From an uncultured Pseudomonadota bacterium (GTDB taxonomy: Bacteria; Pseudomonadota; Alphaproteobacteria; RF32; CAG-239): a DNA stretch of 64,000 nucleotides. The notes under the pieces are model-generated. The model saw nothing but the letters and a program-made list of their open reading frames with translations, did no database searches and was not told the DNA's origin. Shown here piece after piece: positions 10,341 to 19,839 of this stretch (its first letter is position 1; each line of letters starts with the position of its first letter). The DNA is taken from NCBI GenBank assembly GCA_949295915.1, contig CASFNB010000004.1, forward strand, positions 4,294 through 68,293, given 5' to 3'. The position numbers and the translations under genes are program-made.

Positions 10341-12587
10341 TTAAATTAATGATGTTAATTCTTGCAACATTTCATCTGCGGTGGTGATGATTTTTGTTGA
10401 AGCAGAATATGCTCTCTGCGTTACAATCATGTTGGAGAACTCGGTTGCCAAATCCACCGTCGAAGTTTCCAAAGCATTGGCGCTGATTTCTCCGGCGCCG
10501 TCAACCCCGGCTTGTTTCAACAAAGGCTGACCCGATGCGTCCGTTTCAATCCAAGCATTACCGGTTAGAGCACTCATTCCGTTTGGATTGGTAAATGTTG
10601 CCAATGGTAAAATTGCTATCGGGCGTGTCTCTCCGTTATCAAACAATGCCGTTACTACACCATTCTCGCTGACACTTACTCCTGAGTAACTGCCATATTT
10701 GGCTCCGTCTTGTTTGATATAGTTGGTTGTAAAGCTTCCAGCCAAATTAGTCAGACCATCTGTGGTACCGGTATTTCCCATACTTAATTTAACCGTGGTT
10801 CCGTTGCCGACACTGCCATCCATATTTTGTGCTCCGTTGGCCCATTGTATGGACATATCTTCTACATAGAAATATTTTGGCGTGCCATCAGAATTGAAAC
10901 GAACAGCCGGAACCATCGAACCTTGTTCTACATCCAAATCGTTTGTCGTAAAACTATCGGATATTGTATATTCTGCCGCTGCAACATTGGCTCCTTCAAC
11001 CCATGCGCCGCCATTATTTCTTAATTCGCCTACAACTCCGCCTAGATTATTCATATTGACCGTGATATCTCCTCCCGTAGAGCTCGGCATGATTTCCAAG
11101 CTGCTGCCACTGGCTACAAATCTGTCCGGCTCCGTTATGTTGGCTTGAATGGCTGCTTCTATCAAACTTACCAATTGTACCGTATCTATATTACCGTCAA
11201 CTGTGGCTTGTGATAAATCAATCTGCGTACTGTCGGCCGGTGTATTGGCAACAAACGTAAAAGTAGTTCCGTTTATAGTAAAGGTGTTATTGGTGTAATC
11301 GCCCGGCGTTGTAGATGTAAAGTCAAAACGTGCCGTATTTTTAATATCTTGGTCAATTTCCGGAATTTCAAAAACACCTGTCGGGATTCCCGTAGCCAAA
11401 ACCGGATTGGCTGCCGATTGCAAGCATGCTTGTGTCTTGCTGGCATCTACCGTTAATGCTGCTCCTGCTTGCGATTGGACAATTTGAATCGAATCGCTGG
11501 TGGCGCTGAATCTGTCTGCGCCGGGCATGTTTGCTTGAATAGCATTATTAAAAGCTTTGATAAAGTCGGTAACCGACGTAATGCCGTTTTGAATATCTAC
11601 TTTGATATGAACATTATCTGCGTCTCCTACTATTGCCGGAGTTGCCGTATTCAAAAAGTCAAAAATATAATTCGTTCCCGTACTCTGGTCGGTAATGGTT
11701 ATGCTTGAGCCATTGGCCGGAATTGTTTTAAATTCCAGTTGTCCGGCAGCATAGTAAACATCTGCCGTTCCGCCATCACTGACTTCTTTGTTACCGGTCA
11801 ATACCAAATTGGCCGCACCCGAAGGCATATCAACACTCATTCCCCAAGAGTTTGTACTTTCTTTGATGAAGTTGATACTTAAGTTACTCGAGTTGCCCAA
11901 GCTATCATAAATCAATGCTGAAATTGAACGATAACCTCCGGCATCCGGTGAGGTCGGATCATATATCGGATCATCTGCCGGCAAATTGGCTCCAAAACTT
12001 ATTTGTTGCGTCGGTGTTGCCGTACCGCCTATGGTCGACAAATTAATCGGCTTTAAGTTATTACTATCTACAATATTATCGTTGATATAAACGGTTGAAC
12101 CATCACTGGCGTAATATGCTTTCATATACATAACTCCGCCTATCTCTATGGTTGATGCCGTTGCCGTCCCATCCCACGGAAGCAATGACCATCCCTGTGC
12201 ATAAAATCCTCCGGTGTTTTTTAAATAGCCGGTTACATCCACACTAAAATCTCCGGCTCTGGTATAGGCCCAAGCATCTCCTTCTTGCGGATTAGCGGCT
12301 TGGTTTACTACAAAATAACCACTGCCCGAAATTGCTATAGCCGTTGATGAAGATGTTGAGGATAATAATCCCTGAACATCTACTCCTTGCTTGGAAACGG
12401 GTTGTACGCCGCCGGGGGAATAAAAGTTTGATGATGTTTGTTTTGTTACCAAGGTTTGAAAAGAAACGCTCGTTCCTTTATATCCTACCGTATTTACATT
12501 TGAGATATTATCGGAAATTGCACCCATCGCATTCGATTGGGCGGCCATTCCCGAAATACCTGATTGCATTGCTCCAAAAAGACTCAT
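10341..12587 (-). CDS. flgE: Flagellar hook protein FlgE, long form (748 aa) with a large central insertion
   Basis: ISDNISNVNTVGYK, YTRAGDF, LETSTVDLATEFSNMIVTQRAYSASTKIITTADEML; follows flgD. Confidence 0.95.
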   Translation of the reverse strand: MSLFGAMQSGISGMAAQSNAMGAISDNISNVNTVGYKGTSVSFQTLVTKQTSSNFYSPGGVQPVSKQGVDVQGLLSSTSSSTAIAISGSGYFVVNQAANPQEGDAWAYTRAGDFSVDVTGYLKNTGGFYAQGWSLLPWDGTATASTIEIGGVMYMKAYYASDGSTVYINDNIVDSNNLKPINLSTIGGTATPTQQISFGANLPADDPIYDPTSPDAGGYRSISALIYDSLGNSSNLSINFIKESTNSWGMSVDMPSGAANLVLTGNKEVSDGGTADVYYAAGQLEFKTIPANGSSITITDQSTGTNYIFDFLNTATPAIVGDADNVHIKVDIQNGITSVTDFIKAFNNAIQANMPGADRFSATSDSIQIVQSQAGAALTVDASKTQACLQSAANPVLATGIPTGVFEIPEIDQDIKNTARFDFTSTTPGDYTNNTFTINGTTFTFVANTPADSTQIDLSQATVDGNIDTVQLVSLIEAAIQANITEPDRFVASGSSLEIMPSSTGGDITVNMNNLGGVVGELRNNGGAWVEGANVAAAEYTISDSFTTNDLDVEQGSMVPAVRFNSDGTPKYFYVEDMSIQWANGAQNMDGSVGNGTTVKLSMGNTGTTDGLTNLAGSFTTNYIKQDGAKYGSYSGVSVSENGVVTALFDNGETRPIAILPLATFTNPNGMSALTGNAWIETDASGQPLLKQAGVDGAGEISANALETSTVDLATEFSNMIVTQRAYSASTKIITTADEMLQELTSLI

Positions 12588-12612
12588 TTTTCTTCTCCTA
12601 AAGTTTTTTTAA

Positions 12613-13401
12613 TTATAAACTGAAATAACTTTGGGTTTCTTCCTCAGGCGAGGTTGTTTCTTCTCCTCCGGAATTATCTCCGTCCTCTGTCCCTTCATTT
12701 CCCGTTCCCGGGGTTTTATCAAAATAATCATCGTTGCGTATCGTAACAATATCGCCTAATTGTGCCGTAACGGCATCTCCCAATCCGACATAGATGTTGT
12801 TTTGATCGCTGGCTACTCCCGTTACTTTGCCGAATATCGTCGTCGTTACCGAGGCCGCCGTATCTCCGCTTGCAACCGTCGTCGACACGGAAATCTGATA
12901 CGCTCCGTCTTCCAGTTGATTTCCGTTCGAATCTTTTCCATCCCAGTTAAATTCATGAGTTCCCGACATTTTCTCTCCGCTTTGCGTATAAACTATCTTG
13001 CCGTTCATATCTTTAACCACTATCGTTGTTGATAAGACATCTTTATCCAAAGTATAAGTTGCTTTAGCTTTTCCGCCTTCAAGAGGCATAACATCGCCCA
13101 AAACCTGAACCGTTTTACCAATGTATGAAACAGCTTGAGCCCCTAAATTGGCAATACTTAAAGACATCATGGTATCTAATTTTTCGTTGGTCTGAATTGC
13201 CTGTTCTACCGACGAATATTGCACCAACTGGTTGGTAAACTCTGCCGTATCCATCGGATCCATCGGATCTTGATATTTTAATTGTGTTGTCAACAACTGC
13301 AAAAAAGTGTTCATGTCAGCAGACAATTGTTGCGAACTACTGTTTGTCGAATTTGTTCCGTTGGTATAATATCCCGTAATTCCACTGATATCTGTTGTCA
13401 T
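12613..13401 (-). CDS. flgD: Hook capping protein FlgD
   Basis: FLQLLTTQLKYQDPMDPMDTAEFTNQLVQYSSVEQ, WDGKDSNG. Confidence 0.97.
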   Translation of the reverse strand: MTTDISGITGYYTNGTNSTNSSSQQLSADMNTFLQLLTTQLKYQDPMDPMDTAEFTNQLVQYSSVEQAIQTNEKLDTMMSLSIANLGAQAVSYIGKTVQVLGDVMPLEGGKAKATYTLDKDVLSTTIVVKDMNGKIVYTQSGEKMSGTHEFNWDGKDSNGNQLEDGAYQISVSTTVASGDTAASVTTTIFGKVTGVASDQNNIYVGLGDAVTAQLGDIVTIRNDDYFDKTPGTGNEGTEDGDNSGGEETTSPEEETQSYFSL

Positions 13402-13420
13402 GGCTTTTCTCCTTTAAAAT

Positions 13421-15067
13421 TTAAACCCTGATGTTCAGTCCGCGTTCTGCAGACCAGTTTTGATTGGCTGCTTCTGCCATTTCAACATCAGACTGAGCTT
13501 CTTGCTCAAAAACTTCACCAATAAAATTGCGAAGTTGTGCACTCTGTTCTTGAGCTTGATTTCCTTCATTTCTATAGCTAAAACTCAAACTATTACCGTC
13601 GGTTTGAAAACCGGCGTCGTTAAATGCTTTTTCCAAAACTTGCGCATCTCTTTGCAAGGCTTCCATAGTTTCCGGACGACTGGATATGATATGTGCTTGC
13701 AATTTGCCGTTTTTGATTTGCATTTTAATTTCAATATGACCAAGCTCTTCAGGTTTCAGGCGCACATCAATTGTATCCACGCCTTTTACCGCAGATTTGG
13801 TTATATTAACTTTTACTTGCTCCACAGCTTCTTTGCTCATGCCTTTATAAACATCATTCAATGATGTTTGATTGCTTTTTCCGGCATTTTCGGCTTTTAC
13901 TGACGCTAAGAACTCAGAACCGCTGACAATGGCTTGGCTCGTTCCGGCTGCTGAAGAGGCTTGTTTTACTTCTGTTACGGCAATATTTTGTATTGTTTTA
14001 TTACTTTCGTCTGCAACTGTTGCCATGTTTTGTGAAGCTGCCGTATTGAGAGCAAGATTAACATTACCGTTTGCTGTTTTGGTTTGAGACAGACTGTGAT
14101 GCGAATTTGCTTGTTCTTCAGGAACATTCTCCGCATTTTCAACAACTTCTTGTAAAGACAATACATCTTTTACCAAATCTTTATTTTCCAAATGGGAAAT
14201 TTTTTCCTCTTTCACCGTCACATCAACTTTTACGGATTTATCCGCCAAAAGAGCCTCAAGCGGAGTTTTTTTCTCTCCGTTTTCCGATATATTTACTTCT
14301 TCAACTGCAATATTTTCCATTCCACCTGTCTGCGAAGAAAGTATTTTTTTCGTCGAAACTGATGCTTGCTCTACGGCATTCTCCAAAATCGGAGACATTT
14401 CCGCCACTTCTATTGGGGCTTCGGACGACAAGGCGGAGACTATTTGTGCCAATTGGGCACCGTTAACCTCTGCTTCTTGCATTGTTTGCGGATTTATTAT
14501 CTTAAAACTGTCTTGAGCAGACAATTTTTCTAAAGACAAATCAGAAAGCTCCAAAACATTTCCGTCTTTATCTACGATCTGCATATCCATAGAAAGCATA
14601 CCCTTTGGCAATTCCTCCAATGTCGGCACGATATCGCTTTCGGATACAACTTCTTCTACCGGGGTCACCCCTTCAAGGCAAGTTACCTGCATCGGCAGCA
14701 ATAACTCTTGGGATGAAGCTTTATTTTCTTTCTTTTCCTCATCCTTTGTGTCATTTTCCTTTACCGTATCTTCTTTTTCTTTTGCTTCCGCTTTCTCTTT
14801 TTCCGGCATCTTTTCTTTTTCAGCCTTATTCTTATTTTCCGGCTTATCTTGAGCGGAAACTTTTTCTTTATCTTCTTTTCCGGGGGATTTTACCGCATCT
14901 TTTTTAGAAACGTTTTCATCGATGGAAGTTACAAGCGACAAATCCGAAGTATTTTTTTTCAAAATACCGGCAAAACTCTCGCCGTCCGCACCCAAAAAAT
15001 TGGTCTGCGATATCAGCTTGTTAAACTGGGCAACGACATTCATTTTATTTAATTCATTAACTTCCAT
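13421..15067 (-). CDS. fliK: Hook-length control protein FliK
   Basis: Low-complexity N-terminus; C-terminal IDVRLKPEELGHIEIKM...ETMEALQRDAQVLEKAFNDAGF; upstream of flgD. Confidence 0.9.
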   Translation of the reverse strand: MEVNELNKMNVVAQFNKLISQTNFLGADGESFAGILKKNTSDLSLVTSIDENVSKKDAVKSPGKEDKEKVSAQDKPENKNKAEKEKMPEKEKAEAKEKEDTVKENDTKDEEKKENKASSQELLLPMQVTCLEGVTPVEEVVSESDIVPTLEELPKGMLSMDMQIVDKDGNVLELSDLSLEKLSAQDSFKIINPQTMQEAEVNGAQLAQIVSALSSEAPIEVAEMSPILENAVEQASVSTKKILSSQTGGMENIAVEEVNISENGEKKTPLEALLADKSVKVDVTVKEEKISHLENKDLVKDVLSLQEVVENAENVPEEQANSHHSLSQTKTANGNVNLALNTAASQNMATVADESNKTIQNIAVTEVKQASSAAGTSQAIVSGSEFLASVKAENAGKSNQTSLNDVYKGMSKEAVEQVKVNITKSAVKGVDTIDVRLKPEELGHIEIKMQIKNGKLQAHIISSRPETMEALQRDAQVLEKAFNDAGFQTDGNSLSFSYRNEGNQAQEQSAQLRNFIGEVFEQEAQSDVEMAEAANQNWSAERGLNIRV

Positions 15068-15106
15068 TTTTTTATCCTAGTAAATGATTGACCTTAGAGC
15101 TAAACA

Positions 15107-15122
15107 TGCAAAATGTGTGCCA
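15107..15122 (-). promoter_or_regulatory. Sigma-54 (-24/-12) promoter of fliK-flgD-flgE
   Basis: Minus strand TGGCACACATTTTGCA = GG-N10-GC, about 40 bp upstream of the fliK ATG. Confidence 0.85.
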
Positions 15123-15141
15123 AAAAAAAATAAGCGCACAC

Positions 15142-15180
15142 AAAAAAAAGAGGTTTCATTTTTTTGAAACCTCTTTTTTT
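15142..15180. terminator. Intrinsic terminator downstream of flaF
   Basis: AAAAAAAGAGGTTTCA-tttttt-TGAAACCTCTTTTTTT. Confidence 0.8.
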
Positions 15181-15194
15181 GCCTTTATTAAAAA

Positions 15195-15569
15195 CTATTC
15201 TTGTGTACTTGCCCCCTCAGCCAAACCTCTTGCAATATTCATATTAATATTTATCAACACATCTAAGCTTTCAGGTTTGGGGTCTGCCACAATTTCCAAA
15301 GTATGTTTAAAAACAAACATTGCCAAAGACAATAAATTTTGGCGCAATTCATGAGGCTGCGGCGATGTATTGTCCCCTATTGATCCGGCAATAATCGTCC
15401 AAAGACGGCGATTTTTATCCAAAGCCTCATTCAGGTCGCCGCGTTGTTTTTCCCAGTTTTCTTTTATTTGATTGAGCCTTGATGCCGTTTTAATCAGCGC
15501 TCTGCTTTCAAGTTCAACCTGATTCATTCCGGAAACTTCTGTTTCGGCATACCTTTGCGATATATTCAT
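15195..15569 (-). CDS. flaF: Flagellin biosynthesis regulator FlaF
   Basis: ELESRALIKTASRL, ALDKNRRLWTIIA, LRQNLLSLAMFV, LININMNIARGL. Confidence 0.9.
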   Translation of the reverse strand: MNISQRYAETEVSGMNQVELESRALIKTASRLNQIKENWEKQRGDLNEALDKNRRLWTIIAGSIGDNTSPQPHELRQNLLSLAMFVFKHTLEIVADPKPESLDVLININMNIARGLAEGASTQE

Positions 15570-15680
15570 GCTTTCCCTCTAAAAAAACATTAGACCATTA
15601 TTAAAATCTTTTTTAACATTATTTGGTTAAATTATTATAAAAGAGATAAGTTATTATATAAAATTTTAGGATAAAACACA

Positions 15681-16619
15681 ATGAACAAGTATATTTTTTT
15701 ATTGGTTTGTTTTTGCTTTAGCTTATTGAACACAATAAACGCCGCCGCTCAAATGAAAAATATAACCAATCTGGCAAAAAGCAGCGAAGAAATTCGTGTG
15801 ACCGGATATATGAATTATCCGCCCGTCAGTTTTGTTGAAAAATATTATTACGGGAAAAGCCAAAAACTAAGTTACCTTTTTCGTTCCGTTTTTGAAGATA
15901 TTATGGATGAGCTTAAACAAAACAGTAATCTGAAAATTACTTATCTCTATTCTCCAGACACTACGGACAGCAAATATCTTGCCGATATTAATACCGGTGA
16001 AATCGATATTTTTTTGGGTGCCTATTATGATACTCAAAAATTTCAACGTGTAGAGCTGATTTATCCTTCCATTTTGAACAATCCGGTCACGATTGTAACC
16101 ATGCCGGAAACATCTACAAAAATTAAAAATCTGGCTCAACTCAAAAATATGAAAGGCGCCGTTTGTACTCAAGATAAATTTTCTGATTTTGTGACAAAAC
16201 AACTCAAAGAATATAATCTTGAATATATTGAAACGCCTTATCAGTTATTTGAAAAACTTTATACCGGAGAAATTGATTTCGTGTTCATATCGCAATATTT
16301 TGGCATTGTTGAAGCCTCAAAACTAGGTATTCGCGACTATTTAAGCTTTTCCAAACAAATTGTTTGGAACATGCCTTTGTTTATAGGAATATCTCAATTT
16401 TCTCCGAATCGAAAATTTTTATCACAAAAATTGTCCTCCTATTCAGAACGTCCCGACAGCAAAGTCAAAATAGAAAAAAAATTACAAGACATGATCCGAC
16501 AAATTGAACTGCAAAACAGAGGTATCATCCCTCCCGCATATGTCAAACAGGAAAATACGAACCAAGCGACATCATCTCTTGACCTTTTGAAAGAAGAGGT
16601 TAAAATTCTGGAAGAATAA
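15681..16619 (+). CDS. Exported solute-binding protein family 3-like protein
   Basis: Signal peptide; GYMNYPPVSF, GEIDIFLGAY, LKNMKGAV, LYTGEIDF. Confidence 0.6.
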   Translation: MNKYIFLLVCFCFSLLNTINAAAQMKNITNLAKSSEEIRVTGYMNYPPVSFVEKYYYGKSQKLSYLFRSVFEDIMDELKQNSNLKITYLYSPDTTDSKYLADINTGEIDIFLGAYYDTQKFQRVELIYPSILNNPVTIVTMPETSTKIKNLAQLKNMKGAVCTQDKFSDFVTKQLKEYNLEYIETPYQLFEKLYTGEIDFVFISQYFGIVEASKLGIRDYLSFSKQIVWNMPLFIGISQFSPNRKFLSQKLSSYSERPDSKVKIEKKLQDMIRQIELQNRGIIPPAYVKQENTNQATSSLDLLKEEVKILEE

Positions 16620-16636
16620 ATTATGGGATTAAGAAA

Positions 16637-17302
16637 ATGGTTTTATTAATTCAACATCCGGTTTCTCCGCACAGCCGAAAGATAAGAATCGGCATGAGTG
16701 AGAAAAAGATGCTCTTTATTTTGCGTAATGAAGAGCCTTGGAACTTGTCTCAAGACGTGTTTAAGCTTAATCCGGCGGGAGAATTGCCTATTTTTCTTAA
16801 TGACGGGATGGCTTTGTGCGGACATAATGCCATTATGGAATATTTGGAAGAAACTAGCCGCGAGGTAAAACTCATGCCGGAAACTCCCAAAGAACGTGCC
16901 GAAGTGCGCCGTCTGGTTGAGTGGTTCGACAATAAATTTTATCGCGAAGTTTATCGCAATATTGTTTGCGAAAAAGTGCATAAACGGTTTTCTCAAGGTC
17001 TGCCGCCAGATTCAAAAATTTTAAAAATCGGCTTAAACAACCTCAATTTTCATATGGAATACATTGACTGGCTGATTGAAAGAAGAAATTATATTGCCGG
17101 AGAAGATTTAACTTGGGCAGATATTGCTGCTGCCGCACATCTTTCCGTTATTGACTATTTGGGAGATATTCCTTGGGAGGGATATCGCAATGCCAAATTG
17201 TGGTATTCCAAAATAAAATCCCGCCCCAGTTTTAAAGATATTCTTAAAGACGGCATTAAAGGGATTTTGCCGTCAAAACACTATGCTGATTTGGATTTTT
17301 AG
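16637..17302 (+). CDS. fzlA: Glutathione S-transferase-like protein, probably FtsZ-binding FzlA
   Basis: HPVSPHSRKIRI, LNPAGELPI, AIMEYLEE, RRLVEWFDNKF, LSVIDYLGDIPW, KSRPSF. Confidence 0.65.
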   Translation: MVLLIQHPVSPHSRKIRIGMSEKKMLFILRNEEPWNLSQDVFKLNPAGELPIFLNDGMALCGHNAIMEYLEETSREVKLMPETPKERAEVRRLVEWFDNKFYREVYRNIVCEKVHKRFSQGLPPDSKILKIGLNNLNFHMEYIDWLIERRNYIAGEDLTWADIAAAAHLSVIDYLGDIPWEGYRNAKLWYSKIKSRPSFKDILKDGIKGILPSKHYADLDF

Positions 17303-17312
17303 AAAGTATACC

Positions 17313-17783
17313 ATGAAACAAAATATTTTTACGACATTGCTTTTATGCTCTGTTTTGTGCGGATGTTCTTTTTATGATGATGAACCGCAAGGACAAATTG
17401 TTTATCACTGGGCAAAAGAGAATACCGGCGTGCAAAAGTTTTCCAAAGACCATTCCGAATGTATGCGCGAAGCTGAACCTACCCGCTGGGTTCCTGATGT
17501 ATCAAGCTGGTTCTATTCCGAAGAAGCAAAACTAAACATCAGAGCCGATTGGCATGCCGGTAAGGGAATTTGGGCATCTTATGTTCCATACGTCGGTGCA
17601 CAGCCTTTAATTGTCAACTCTTTGCGTGACGATAGTGAAGTCAGCCCCAAAACATATCGTGAATGTATGGAAAAAAGAGGATATTGGCACCGCAATGCCA
17701 ATATTCCTGAAATTACCAATATCTATGTATATAAGCCGCAACGCGTTTTACAGAACAAACCTTTTGATCGAGGCGATTTATAA
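17313..17783 (+). CDS. Hypothetical lipoprotein
   Basis: Preferred start ATG 17313 (track start 17283 overlaps the upstream gene); lipobox LCGC; paired Cys DHSEC...YRECMEKRGY. Confidence 0.7.
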   Translation: MKQNIFTTLLLCSVLCGCSFYDDEPQGQIVYHWAKENTGVQKFSKDHSECMREAEPTRWVPDVSSWFYSEEAKLNIRADWHAGKGIWASYVPYVGAQPLIVNSLRDDSEVSPKTYRECMEKRGYWHRNANIPEITNIYVYKPQRVLQNKPFDRGDL

Positions 17784-18542
17784 TTTGCATATTGACGCTA
17801 AAGATTTTTTCATTTCGGCAATATCCATATCTCTGCCCAAGCGATGATTTCCGCCTTTGATGATTTTAACAATGACATCATCAGAACTTAAACACTTCAT
17901 GATTTTAAACGGCTTATCCGGCATAACGTTTTTATCTTCGCTCCCCTGCAACAAATGCACCGGACAGTCTATCTGAAGCGATCCTTGCAGCAATAAATTA
18001 TCTCTTGCCGTATCAAAAATTTTGGAAGTGAAAATGTAGGTAAAATCTTTCATCGGAAAGAATATTTTTCCCTTTTCTTTCATTTCTGTTTTTTGCTCAG
18101 GCGTAAATATATATTGTTCAATATCGAACGTAAAATCAGGAGCTGCAGCCAACCCTATTACGCCTTTTACTTTTTGCGGACGTTCTTTTGCAGCAATTAA
18201 ACTCAACCACCCGCCCAAAGAAGAGCCAACCATCACGACAGGACCGTCAACCACTTCATCTAGCACTTCCAAGACCTGATTTTTCCATATGTTAAAATCT
18301 ATGTTTTCATAATTTGCTTTATCACTTCCGTGTCCGGCAAGTTCGAATCGGCAAAAGCTCAAATTATTTTCTTCACAAAATGTTTTTAGCTCTTCGGGTT
18401 TTCTGCCCCAAGGGTCTGAGAAAAGCCCATGTATGTAAACAACGGTCAAACATGCAGAGTTTTTGTGTGTTTTCAAAGATTTTTCTTGGCTTAATTCTAT
18501 TTTGGCTGTAAATTTTGCTTTAAATGTGTGATTTTGTATCAT
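17778..18542 (-). CDS. Alpha/beta hydrolase
   Basis: YIHGLFSD, GHGSD, nucleophile elbow GSSLGG, LLQGSEDKNV, GGNHRL. Confidence 0.85.
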   Translation of the reverse strand: MIQNHTFKAKFTAKIELSQEKSLKTHKNSACLTVVYIHGLFSDPWGRKPEELKTFCEENNLSFCRFELAGHGSDKANYENIDFNIWKNQVLEVLDEVVDGPVVMVGSSLGGWLSLIAAKERPQKVKGVIGLAAAPDFTFDIEQYIFTPEQKTEMKEKGKIFFPMKDFTYIFTSKIFDTARDNLLLQGSLQIDCPVHLLQGSEDKNVMPDKPFKIMKCLSSDDVIVKIIKGGNHRLGRDMDIAEMKKSLASICKL

Positions 18543-18587
18543 ATAAACACTCCTGTATTTTATTTTATAGAGGATTTTAGAGAGAAA

Positions 18588-19742
18588 ATGGAAAAAGGTA
18601 AAGATAAAAAACCGGTCGTTTTACAAGTGTTACCCGAACTTGAAACCGGCGGCGTGGAACTCGGTACAATAGAAATTGCATCCGAACTGGCAAAGCACGG
18701 TATCAAAAATTTTGTTGCTTCCAAAGGCGGTCGTATGGAACACGAGTTGCAAAAACTCGGCGTACCTCATTTTACACTCAATTTGAAAAGCAAAAATCCC
18801 TTTACCATTCTCAAAAATGCCAAAAAACTTGAAGCTTACATCAAAGAAAACAATATTAATATCGTTCATGCTCGTTCCCGCGCGCCGGCTTGGAGTGCTT
18901 ATTTGGCGGCCAAAAAAGCCGGTGTGCACTACATGGCAACATTTCACGGCACTTACGGCTTGGGACCTTGGGGAATTAAAAAAATTTACAACAAAGTTAT
19001 GGTTATGGGTGAACGCGTGATTGTTATTTCCAACCATATCAAAAATCATGTTTTGAAAAACTATAAGGTTGATGAAAGTAAATTGCGCCTTGTCTTTCGC
19101 TGTGTTAATTTAGAACGTTTTTCCCCCGAAGCCGTCAGTCAGGAACGAATGATTCAAAAGGTTAAAGAATATAATATTCCCGACGATAAACCGGTTCTGT
19201 TCCTGGGGGGCAGAATCACCAAATGGAAAGGACAGCATTTGCTGATTGAAGCCCTCTCCAAAATGAAAAATCAAGATTACTACTGCATTATTGCCGGTGA
19301 TGAACAAGGTCGTGAAGAATATTTCAAAGGATTGATGGCTTTGGCAAAAAAACTAAATCTCGGCAACAAAGTCGGCATATACGGCAAAGTTTTGGATATG
19401 CCCGCTGCCATGATGGTTTCCGACGTTGTGCTCTCAACCGCCATCGAGCCGGAAGCCTTCGGTCGCATAGCCATTGAAGGACAAGCCATGGGTAAGATTG
19501 TGGTTGCTTCAAACATCGGTGGATCCCTCGACTCCGTTATCGACGGCGTTACAGGAAAACTCTATCAATATGACAATCCCCAAGCTTTGGCCGATGCGCT
19601 TGATTGGGCTCTGGCTCTTTCTATGAGCGAAAAGAAAAAAATTTCGGCTGCGGCTCAAAAAAATGTAAGAGAAAACTTTACCAAAGAAATAATGTGTGAT
19701 AAGACTATTAAAGTTTATGAAGAGCTTTTAGCAGAAAAATAG
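18588..19742 (+). CDS. Glycosyltransferase family 4
   Basis: Preferred start 18588; LPELETGGVELGT, HARSRAPAW, GRITKWKGQ, EPEAFGRIAIEGQAMG. Confidence 0.9.
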   Translation: MEKGKDKKPVVLQVLPELETGGVELGTIEIASELAKHGIKNFVASKGGRMEHELQKLGVPHFTLNLKSKNPFTILKNAKKLEAYIKENNINIVHARSRAPAWSAYLAAKKAGVHYMATFHGTYGLGPWGIKKIYNKVMVMGERVIVISNHIKNHVLKNYKVDESKLRLVFRCVNLERFSPEAVSQERMIQKVKEYNIPDDKPVLFLGGRITKWKGQHLLIEALSKMKNQDYYCIIAGDEQGREEYFKGLMALAKKLNLGNKVGIYGKVLDMPAAMMVSDVVLSTAIEPEAFGRIAIEGQAMGKIVVASNIGGSLDSVIDGVTGKLYQYDNPQALADALDWALALSMSEKKKISAAAQKNVRENFTKEIMCDKTIKVYEELLAEK

Positions 19743-19839
19743 TTTTTCTGCGGTTTGATGAAGGATGCCATTGCCTTTATGAAACTTGATATTTTTTAAT
19801 GGCGTGATGATTAATTAAATAAAAAAAGGATATTTTAAT

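Noticed and set aside
19743-19839. Possible tRNA-Thr anticodon-mimic operator upstream of thrS (GCCATT...AATGGC)
   Set aside because: No anticodon-like NGU loop; the stem is weak and overlaps a likely promoter.
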